Shown one piece after another: positions 1 to 7,446 of a stretch of DNA of 15,721 bases. Made by a program: the position numbers and the translations under genes. A model generated the notes under the pieces. The model made no database searches. It worked only from the letters and a program-made list of their open reading frames with translations, and was not told the origin of the DNA. Origin of the DNA: Candidatus Hermodarchaeota archaeon (lineage in GTDB: Archaea; Asgardarchaeota; Lokiarchaeia; Sigyniarchaeales; SOKP01); assembly GCA_048885535.1 (NCBI GenBank), contig JBHLLO010000072.1:1-15721 (forward strand), written 5' to 3'. How positions within the stretch are numbered: position 1 is the first letter of the stretch; each line of letters starts with the position of its first letter.

Positions 1-2
1 CA

Positions 3-359
3 AATGCAGCACGATGTGAAATTCGTTGTCCTGATCCAGCAGGTAATCCGTACCTTCAATTTGCAGTGTTACTTTCATCAGGGTTAGATGGAATTCTTTC
101 GGAAGATATTGAACTATATGAGCCAACTGATAGAAATGTATATCATTTGACTTCTAAAGAAATGGAAAAAGAAGGAATTATTGCGTTACCAGGAAGTTTA
201 CGACGAGCTTTAGATGAATTTAAGGAATCTGAATTCATGAAAGAGGTATTTGGAGAGCTTGCCTTCAAGAACTATTATTATGCTAAACTTGAAGAATATG
301 ATAAATATCGTGTTATTGTAAGTGAATGGGAAAGAGATAGATACATAACACGCTTATAA
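3..359 (+). CDS. glnA: Glutamine synthetase type I, C-terminal part (5'-truncated by window edge)
   Basis: Frame is open from position 3 and reads NAARCEIRCPDPAGNPYLQFAVLLSSGLDG, matching the GS-I R-x-E-x-R-x-P-D-x-x-x-N-P-Y motif. It continues LPGSLRRALDEF...VSEWERDRY. The track start at 66 is an internal GTG. Confidence 0.95.
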   Translation, partial: NAARCEIRCPDPAGNPYLQFAVLLSSGLDGILSEDIELYEPTDRNVYHLTSKEMEKEGIIALPGSLRRALDEFKESEFMKEVFGELAFKNYYYAKLEEYDKYRVIVSEWERDRYITRL

Positions 360-366
360 TTTTTTT
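360..366 (+). terminator. Putative archaeal oligo-T terminator after glnA
   Basis: T7 run immediately after the TAA, in the gap between convergent genes. Confidence 0.45.
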
Positions 367-384
367 AAAATTATAATATTTGAG

Positions 385-1053
385 CTATTTTAGATTCCAA
401 GAAACGTAGATTAAGATTATATATTCACTCGAACTCGCTAACCTTGCAAATTTTTGCCCAATTACCATGATATCACGTGAAAATACAATACCAACTAAAC
501 CTGTTAAAATCGTAACAAGAAATACAATTGATAAGATTGCTATTAAATATCCATAGAATTTAGGAATTTTATCATTAAGTATTAATGCGATGGAATAAAA
601 AACTCCCATTAAAAATAGAGAAGGATAGCCAATGAAAACAAATATCCAGTGAGCTGTATTAGCGATATCTGCGGGAGTGAATATAATACCAATAGTAGCT
701 ATACAAGATAAAATTCCAATATAAGATCCGATTTTACTTGCTTTTGAATCAAATGTGTTCCCTGAAAATTGCTTTTTAAGTACCATATAAAGTGTGATCA
801 TCGTAACTGAGTGGATTCCATAGGCAAGAATAAATAGAATCATCGAAGTGGTGTTTAATTGTCCATTCCATGCAAAAAGTCTACCTAAATCACTAAATGT
901 ATTTCCCCAAAAGGAGTAACCAATAATAGAGGGATTATCCCCAGTACCTCCGGCATAATTAAACATAGCAATTGGTATTAAAATAAACCATAAAATTATA
1001 CCGAGAAATGCTAAAACGTTAGCTATTCTACTAAAAGTACGTAATTTCATCAT
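385..1053 (-). CDS. Polytopic membrane protein, possibly DUF998-like
   Basis: About 5-6 hydrophobic segments; GYSFWGNTFSDLG resembles the Y...ISDLG motif of DUF998-type proteins; His in TAHW. Lies 21 nt downstream of the ABC pair on the same strand. Confidence 0.6.
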   Translation of the reverse strand: MMKLRTFSRIANVLAFLGIILWFILIPIAMFNYAGGTGDNPSIIGYSFWGNTFSDLGRLFAWNGQLNTTSMILFILAYGIHSVTMITLYMVLKKQFSGNTFDSKASKIGSYIGILSCIATIGIIFTPADIANTAHWIFVFIGYPSLFLMGVFYSIALILNDKIPKFYGYLIAILSIVFLVTILTGLVGIVFSRDIMVIGQKFARLASSSEYIILIYVSWNLK

Positions 1054-1074
1054 CTTTCTCTTTTAACAATTTTA

Positions 1075-2883
1075 TTATACTTTTATTTTTCCTATTTCTT
1101 CAATATATTTGAGAGACTGATGTCTAAAGTAAGTATTATAAAGTTGGGCATAATAACCACCGCGTTTCATTAACTCATTATGGTTACCCTCTTCTATTAT
1201 TTTTCCTTTGTCCAAAACAATTATTCTATCCACATGTCTTACAGTCCAAAGGCGGTGAGCAATAATTATAGATGTTCTATCTTCAATTGTTTTTTCTAAA
1301 GCGTCTTGAATTCGAGTCTCTGTGAAAGGATCTACTGAGGCAGTGGCTTCATCCAAAATAAGGATTGAGGGATTTTCTAATAAAACTCTTGCAAAAGCTA
1401 CTAGTTGACGTTGTCCCATTGAAAGAAGGCTTCCTCTTTCTCCCACATTTGTATCCAATCCATCTGGAAGGCTTTTGATCCATTCTGAGCCCCCTGCTTT
1501 ATCTAACGCGCTAACAACATCTTCACACTTTGCGGTACTGCATCCATAATTAATATTATTCTCTACTGTATCAGCCCATAAAAATGGTATTTGGGGTATG
1601 ATTCCAATTTGCTTCCTATATTCAGTAAGATCATAATCTCTGATACTCTTACCATCTACTAGAATATCTCCTCCTTGAAATTCATAGAATCTTGCGATGA
1701 GATTAGCAAGACTTGATTTACCTGCTCCTGTATGTCCAACTATTGCAAGTGACTCTCCCGGTTTTACCTTTAATGAAAAATTATCAAAAACTTTCTTTCC
1801 CTCTTCATATTGAAAAACTAAATTCTTAAACTCAATTTCTCCTTTCAATCTATTAGGAATGAGATTATTTCTTTGAACAACGACAGGAGGTGTATCTATT
1901 AACGCAAAAATTCTTTCGGACGCGGATAAACCAGCTTGAAATTGAGGCCAAAAGGACGCAATAACCAGTAATGGAAAAAATAATAAAGTTAGACTTTGTA
2001 AGAACATGCTAAAATCTCCAACATTTATGGTGTTAAAAATGAGAAAATTTCCTCCATAGTAAACTAAAATCGTGAGAACTAATCCTTGAACAATACCTAA
2101 TGAAGGAAATATTGCATTAAGAGTGAAAGCTCTTTTTAAATTCACTTTATAAGATTGGATATTTACCTCGTTGAATTGGTTATACAATTTTAGTTCCTGC
2201 CTAAAAGTCTTAGCTATTTGAATCCCAGAAAAACTTTCTTTAACAAAAGCATTAACAGACGCTAAAGCTCTTTGACCTAATAATGTCATTCTTCTAGCTA
2301 ATTTCCTGTAAGATAAAGCTACAATAAAAAAAAGAGGAATTCCAATCAACATTAGGATCGTAAGGAAAGTGTTAATCATTGCTAGAAGGATTAGTAAAAT
2401 TATCATAACAAAGAGAGATGATATCATATCAACAGATAATTCTACCATATTCCCAAATTCACGACTATCTGTATTTATTCTACTCACAATCTTTCCAATT
2501 GGATTTTTATCGAAAAAAGAGAGGTCATGATTTAAAACTGACTTAGTCGCATCTTTTCGCATATCAAGGACTACATAACCAATTGCTTTTGCAGCATTTT
2601 TCTGCCTAAAGTAATTAAATAAAAAACTGAGTATGTTTAAACTTAAAATTAAAATAATTAGAAAGAGATAATACAATGGATCGTTAACACTTTGTATACT
2701 ATTAATAGCAATGGAAGTAATAAGTGGTACGAAAGAAGTTGTAAGAGATGACACTATTAAAAAAAAGGTTACTATTGCTATATACCGCTTATAGGAGGAA
2801 AAGTAAGTAAAGATTCTTCTAAGTAGTTTTCTATCTTTATAAGTTCTATCATATTCTTCAGCATCAAGACCTACCCAAACCAT
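1075..2883 (-). CDS. ABC exporter half-transporter (TMD+NBD), second subunit of heterodimer
   Basis: N-terminal TM domain; Walker A GHTGAGKS, signature LSMGQ, Walker B ILILDEAT, H-loop IAHR. Confidence 0.95.
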   Translation of the reverse strand: MVWVGLDAEEYDRTYKDRKLLRRIFTYFSSYKRYIAIVTFFLIVSSLTTSFVPLITSIAINSIQSVNDPLYYLFLIILILSLNILSFLFNYFRQKNAAKAIGYVVLDMRKDATKSVLNHDLSFFDKNPIGKIVSRINTDSREFGNMVELSVDMISSLFVMIILLILLAMINTFLTILMLIGIPLFFIVALSYRKLARRMTLLGQRALASVNAFVKESFSGIQIAKTFRQELKLYNQFNEVNIQSYKVNLKRAFTLNAIFPSLGIVQGLVLTILVYYGGNFLIFNTINVGDFSMFLQSLTLLFFPLLVIASFWPQFQAGLSASERIFALIDTPPVVVQRNNLIPNRLKGEIEFKNLVFQYEEGKKVFDNFSLKVKPGESLAIVGHTGAGKSSLANLIARFYEFQGGDILVDGKSIRDYDLTEYRKQIGIIPQIPFLWADTVENNINYGCSTAKCEDVVSALDKAGGSEWIKSLPDGLDTNVGERGSLLSMGQRQLVAFARVLLENPSILILDEATASVDPFTETRIQDALEKTIEDRTSIIIAHRLWTVRHVDRIIVLDKGKIIEEGNHNELMKRGGYYAQLYNTYFRHQSLKYIEEIGKIKV

Positions 2884-2884
2884 A

Positions 2885-4717
2885 TTAAATCACTCCTTTT
2901 ACCAATTCTTCTTCATCTAAATCAAATTTCTTAATGAAAATTTTTCTATATTCTTCAGAAGCTCTAAGCAATTCGCTATGTTCTCCTTTTGCTTCAATCT
3001 GTCCATCCTTCAAAACAATTATAAGATCAGACCACCTAATCTGGCTTAAACGATGAGTGATCAGGAAAGTGGTTCGATTTTTTAAGATGTTTTTAATTGC
3101 ATATTGAATTTTATCTTCTGTATTTGAATCGATAGCCGATGTAGAATCATCTAATATGAGAATTTTTGGATCAGATAGGAAGGCTCTCGCAATAGCAATC
3201 CTTTGTCTTTCACCTCCACTTAATTGTACTCCTCTTTCTCCGATTTTAGATTCATATCCCTCAGGTAGGTTTGAAATAAACTCATGTGCCTGAGCCTGTT
3301 TAGCAACATTAATAACTTCTTCTAAATTACTGGTTCTTCCGAAAGTTATATTATCAAAAACTGAAAATGAAAATAAAAACACATCTTGTTCAATATAAGA
3401 AATCTGGTTTCTTAAAGCCTTTAAAGAATAATCTCTAATATCAACATTATCTATAATTATTTTGCCTTCTGAAATATCGTATAATCTCGAGATTAATTTA
3501 GTTAGAGTAGTCTTTCCAGAACCAGTAGTGCCAACAATTGCTACCGTTTGACCTGGCTTAACATGAAAAGATATATCCTTTAAGACGTACTTATCACTAC
3601 CAGGATATTTAAATGATACTTTCTCAAATTTAATTGATGCTTCCAATTCCTTTTGAATACCATTAGGATTTTCATTAATTTCTGTGGTTTTATTCATCAA
3701 TTCAAGCAATCTTTCAGCACTAGCCCCTGCCAACCTGACAATGGCGAATACAAAAATCGAAATAAAAGTGGGAAATCTAAGTAATCCTAATAGTCCTAAA
3801 TATGAGATTATTTGACCTATATTAATTATACCATTTAAAAATAGTACTAGAGAATGAGTAAAAGCTATAGTGATCATTAATGCCAAAAAAAGAATTGGAA
3901 GATATTTTGCTTGAATTCTACCTTGTTCTATAAATGCATCACTATAATTTGTTGCATATGTAGAATATTTTTCTAATTCGTATGGTTCTTTCGTTGATCC
4001 TTTTACAACCTGAATACCTGATAATGTCTCATTCAAACTGGCGTTTATTAATCCAAAATTCATCCTTAGCTTACCGGTAACAGGGGATAATTTGCGATTA
4101 TAGGATCTCAATGTTATTAAGAAAATAATTGTATAAATAACTGGTTCCAATACCAATTCTAACGGATAAAAGAAGATTATAAAAAATAACGGGATAATTA
4201 ATGAAGTAAAAGATTCAAAAATTAATGAGATTGCAGGACTCATTAGAAAATTCAACATTCGAACATCATCAGTTGCACGAGCCATTAAATCTCCGATTTT
4301 TTGTATGTCATGAAAAGATTGGCTTTTACCTAATAGATTTGTGTAGAATTCTTGCCTAGTGTCTCGTTCTAACCTCTGAGCTAATAATTCTCTTTGCAAA
4401 TAATTTATTAATCGAAATATTGGAGTGAAAAGTCCTAAAATAAGAATAAGTATTGTATATATCATAAGACTATTAATATTACCACTTAAAAATTCTTCAA
4501 CTGCTTGACCTATAATTATTGTAGAAGTAGATGCTAATATCGAAGCGAAAATAGTTGTAAATAAAACTATAAAAATAAATAATTTATTGCTCCCATAAAA
4601 AATATGAGATAAAATCCATCTAAGACTTCCCTTTTTTCGAGCTTTTTCAAAAGGATCTTTACCTGGGGAAAACTCTGAATACTGTGATTCTGAATATGTG
4701 TCTAATTTCTTTTCCAT
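2885..4717 (-). CDS. ABC exporter half-transporter (TMD+NBD), first subunit of heterodimer
   Basis: TM domain; Walker A GTTGSGKT, signature LSGGE, Walker B ILILDDST (catalytic Glu replaced by Asp), H-loop ITHR. Confidence 0.95.
   Translation of the reverse strand: MEKKLDTYSESQYSEFSPGKDPFEKARKKGSLRWILSHIFYGSNKLFIFIVLFTTIFASILASTSTIIIGQAVEEFLSGNINSLMIYTILILILGLFTPIFRLINYLQRELLAQRLERDTRQEFYTNLLGKSQSFHDIQKIGDLMARATDDVRMLNFLMSPAISLIFESFTSLIIPLFFIIFFYPLELVLEPVIYTIIFLITLRSYNRKLSPVTGKLRMNFGLINASLNETLSGIQVVKGSTKEPYELEKYSTYATNYSDAFIEQGRIQAKYLPILFLALMITIAFTHSLVLFLNGIINIGQIISYLGLLGLLRFPTFISIFVFAIVRLAGASAERLLELMNKTTEINENPNGIQKELEASIKFEKVSFKYPGSDKYVLKDISFHVKPGQTVAIVGTTGSGKTTLTKLISRLYDISEGKIIIDNVDIRDYSLKALRNQISYIEQDVFLFSFSVFDNITFGRTSNLEEVINVAKQAQAHEFISNLPEGYESKIGERGVQLSGGERQRIAIARAFLSDPKILILDDSTSAIDSNTEDKIQYAIKNILKNRTTFLITHRLSQIRWSDLIIVLKDGQIEAKGEHSELLRASEEYRKIFIKKFDLDEEELVKGVI
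2890..2898 (-). promoter_or_regulatory. Shine-Dalgarno-like site coupling the two ABC subunits
   Basis: Minus strand reads AAGGAGTGA-tt-TAA-t-ATG. The SD lies within the last codons of the upstream gene and the intergenic gap is 1 nt. Confidence 0.6.
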
Positions 4718-4751
4718 TTCAGATTTTGCTCTTAATCATAGCGAATAATTC

Positions 4752-4795
4752 TTATAAAAATCATTAGTTAATGAATTTTATTCATTGAGAATGAA
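4752..4795 (-). promoter_or_regulatory. Putative TATA box plus tandem palindromic operator upstream of the ABC operon
   Basis: TTTATAA on minus strand at 4758-4752, about 35-40 nt before the ATG. Palindromes TCATTA-gt-TAATGA (4761-4774) and TTCATT-gag-AATGAA (4781-4795) lie directly upstream. Confidence 0.45.
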
Positions 4796-4824
4796 AAGAT
4801 GGATATTCTTCTAAAAGTTTATAG

Positions 4825-4834
4825 AAAAAAAAAA
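4825..4834 (-). terminator. Putative oligo-T terminator for the surface protein gene
   Basis: A10 on + strand (U10 in the minus-strand transcript) a few nt after the stop at 4839. Confidence 0.5.
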
Positions 4835-4838
4835 TTAA

Positions 4839-5540
4839 TTACTCATTTTTTTTGAACTTAATTCTTTTTTCAACAAGGACAGCTATAATACCTATTGCCA
4901 CAGCACTAAAGATTATGTAATAATGCCCAAATGGTATTCCATCCTCGGGAGGAAGAACTTGTAGAGTCCATGTAAACATATAATCATAATCTTCATATGC
5001 TACAATTTCTGTAACAAAACCAGCTGAATTAAAGGTAAATACACCAAAATCTCCACCGAAAAATACAATAGTAATTTCGTTTCCATTAACTGTACAAGCA
5101 GCGCCCAGAGCTTCAGCAGCGGAACGAATCAGGTTCATATCTAATGGATATGGAGCAAAAAGCAATGTAGTATAAGTAAAGTTGAAGTAATTTAAAGTAT
5201 TATTATAGGCAATAAAGGCTGTGACATCTCCAGTCTGATGAGTATTTGGTCCTTCCCAGTGCAAACCTAGATGGACATCAACTAGAAGGGCACTAGGTAT
5301 TGCATAATGGGGTCCCTGATAGACTCTTTCTATCGTCACATTATAATGTGAGCCCACTCCCGCAACAGCTGCTAGACTTTCATTGCAATCAGTCATTATC
5401 CACTCGTAAAAATTACCTTCATCACCTGCAAATGAAGAATCTCCTATTGTTGTAATACAGGCGGCTTTAGGGCTTAAAGATAATAGAGTTAATAGTGTTA
5501 TTAGAAAAATTGATACTCCAAATTTAGTAGTTTTTTTCAT
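4839..5540 (-). CDS. Secreted, C-terminally membrane-anchored surface protein of unknown function (Loki-CTERM-like tail)
   Basis: N-terminal basic + hydrophobic signal peptide (MKKTTKFGVSIFLITLLTLLSL); C-terminal PPEDGIPFGHYY + TM helix + KRIKFKKNE; sequons NES, NVT, NNT, NFT. Start is either ATG 5540 or GTG 5549. Confidence 0.75.
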   Translation of the reverse strand: MKKTTKFGVSIFLITLLTLLSLSPKAACITTIGDSSFAGDEGNFYEWIMTDCNESLAAVAGVGSHYNVTIERVYQGPHYAIPSALLVDVHLGLHWEGPNTHQTGDVTAFIAYNNTLNYFNFTYTTLLFAPYPLDMNLIRSAAEALGAACTVNGNEITIVFFGGDFGVFTFNSAGFVTEIVAYEDYDYMFTWTLQVLPPEDGIPFGHYYIIFSAVAIGIIAVLVEKRIKFKKNE

Positions 5541-5726
5541 TTTTAGCACAATTTATTGGATTGTTATTTGTCGATATGTTGTTTAAGTATTTAAATATTT
5601 ACTAAATTATGTATCAAAAACAGATCGGATATAACATTTTATATGAAAACCTTAATATCTGATAAAATATCTATATTTGTAAACAAGTTTAGTAGACTCT
5701 TTGATGGAATATCTAAGTCGGTTTCA

Positions 5727-6284
5727 TCAACCAATAATATCATTTTTTTCTATCAAGCCTTCTTCCATAAGCATTAATCTCGCGATATTTTCGAAAATAT
5801 TGTCAACATTATCTCCAGACTTAGCTGAGCACTCGAAATACCCTTGTAAATTGTTTGATCTTGCGGTTTCTATACCATCCTCCGTAGACATAGATCTATT
5901 ATCTTCTAGATCTAATTTACTCCCCACCATTATAATAGGAATATGTTTATTAGTTGCTTTCATTTCTTCATTGAAAAAAGAGAGCCAATTATCAAGATTT
6001 TTTAGACTTGTATGTCTTGTAATGTCAAACATAAATATTCCACCATGGGCTCCTTTAACAAAGCTTGGGAAAAGTATTTTGTAGCGTTCTTCTCCTGCAA
6101 AATCCCAAATATGTAATCTAGCATTATAACCATCTACAGTTACATCCTTTACGCTAAGATCTGTGCCAATAGTCATTTTAAGGTCTTCATTAAAAATACG
6201 AGTGAGATAACGATGGGTTAGGGATGTTTTTCCAACCCCACCATCCCCAAAAATACAGAGTTTAAGTTTGGTTTTTTCTGGCAT
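5727..6284 (-). CDS. Rab-like small GTPase (Ras superfamily)
   Basis: G1 GDGGVGKT, G2 MTIG, G3 WDFAGEE, G4 GSKLD, G5 CSAK; 185 aa; no C-terminal Cys motif. Confidence 0.93.
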   Translation of the reverse strand: MPEKTKLKLCIFGDGGVGKTSLTHRYLTRIFNEDLKMTIGTDLSVKDVTVDGYNARLHIWDFAGEERYKILFPSFVKGAHGGIFMFDITRHTSLKNLDNWLSFFNEEMKATNKHIPIIMVGSKLDLEDNRSMSTEDGIETARSNNLQGYFECSAKSGDNVDNIFENIARLMLMEEGLIEKNDIIG

Positions 6285-6371
6285 TTTTCAATCAAGTATC
6301 AAATATAGTATAATGATATGATAAAAAAACTTATTATTAAATCTAATTGAATAGAAAGTAGGATTTAACTG

Positions 6372-6806
6372 TTATATATCGTTGAAACTAGGAATTAATT
6401 CTTCTTTAATCCACTGGTGAATTTGGTCTCTAACCTTTCTAAATCCTTCTAATTTTTCTTCCTCCGTTCCCTTAATATCAGCAGGATCAACAAAAGATTT
6501 ATGTAAATTCTTCTTAGCTCCTGAGAAAACAGGACAAATCTTTTTAGCATTATCACATAGAGTAATTGCTAAATCAAATTTGGTACCATAAAAATCTCTC
6601 ATATGCTTAGAGTAATGATGAGAAATATCAATTCCAATTTCTTTCAAAACTTCAATCGCTTGTAGTCTAACTTTTGAAACTTCTGTACCAGCACTATAAG
6701 CTTCCAATTTATCACTATATAATGCATTGATTAATCCTTCTGCCATTTGTGAACAAGCAGAATTATGTGTACAGATAATGAGAATTTTTTCCTTTTCTGG
6801 AAATAT
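6372..6806 (-). CDS. arsC: ArsC / low-molecular-weight phosphatase-fold protein with atypical active site (possible pseudogene)
   Basis: The open frame extends 20 codons upstream of the track's ATG (6746): IFPEKEKILIICTHNSACSQMAEG. It continues with AYSAGT, IGIDIS, ITLCDNAKKICP, DPA and FRKVRDQI, typical of thioredoxin-coupled ArsC. The first codon after the in-frame TAG is ATA; there is no ATG/GTG/TTG ahead of the P-loop. Confidence 0.8.
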   Translation of the reverse strand: MFPEKEKILIICTHNSACSQMAEGLINALYSDKLEAYSAGTEVSKVRLQAIEVLKEIGIDISHHYSKHMRDFYGTKFDLAITLCDNAKKICPVFSGAKKNLHKSFVDPADIKGTEEEKLEGFRKVRDQIHQWIKEELIPSFNDI

Positions 6807-6816
6807 CTAATTATAT

Positions 6817-7347
6817 TTACTTAGAAATCATTTTATCAGTTTTAATTACATAATCAACCAAGGCTTTAAATGGTTTTTCCACATTTAATCCACTTTTAGC
6901 AGAAGTTTTAATGAAATCGATCATTCCAAAACGTTCTTGAGTTTTTTTAGCATAAATATCTGCAACCATTGAAAAGTCTTCTAAGTCGCATTTAGCAGCG
7001 ATTAAAGAAATTGGTAAATTTTGATAATACTTCTTGACAAGCTGTACCCACTTACCAATATTTACAAAACTAGTCATATTTGTGATATCGAATAAAACTA
7101 GAGCTCCACTTGCACCTCTCATATATTTATCAATCATGAAGCGAAATCTTTCTTGACCAGAGATATCCCACAGAATTAGTTGACACATATTAGACTCAAT
7201 TTCAATTTGTTTTGTTAAAAACTCGACGCCAATAGTCATTGTAGTTGTATCAAAAAATCTTCCCTCAACATATCTATGTAAAAGGGTCGTCTTTCCAACC
7301 CCTCCATCGCCCAGAATGATGAACTTAAAACTTAGGAATTTCTTCAT
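6817..7347 (-). CDS. Rab-like small GTPase (Ras superfamily)
   Basis: G1 GDGGVGKT, G2 MTIGVEF, G3 WDISGQERF, YMRGA, VLFDIT, G4 AAKCD, G5 TSAK; 176 aa; no C-terminal Cys motif. Confidence 0.93.
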   Translation of the reverse strand: MKKFLSFKFIILGDGGVGKTTLLHRYVEGRFFDTTTMTIGVEFLTKQIEIESNMCQLILWDISGQERFRFMIDKYMRGASGALVLFDITNMTSFVNIGKWVQLVKKYYQNLPISLIAAKCDLEDFSMVADIYAKKTQERFGMIDFIKTSAKSGLNVEKPFKALVDYVIKTDKMISK

Positions 7348-7446
7348 AACTCACTCTTTCTTTTCTAACCTATAATAGAATGTATTCAATATAAAATTTT
7401 CAGAAAGATTTTTCAGAACAATATTGTATAGATCTAGAGTTACTTT

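Noticed and set aside
5701-6084. 127-aa + strand ORF
   Set aside because: Antisense shadow of the GTPase; Ser/Ile/Leu-rich, no motifs.
6372-6806. Arsenic resistance operon
   Set aside because: No arsR, efflux pump or methyltransferase nearby, and the catalytic Arg is absent.
6372-7347. GTPase-ArsC fusion by readthrough, explaining the missing start
   Set aside because: The frames differ (offset 541 nt), the GTPase frame has TAA-ATA-TAA, and a TAG directly precedes the ArsC frame.
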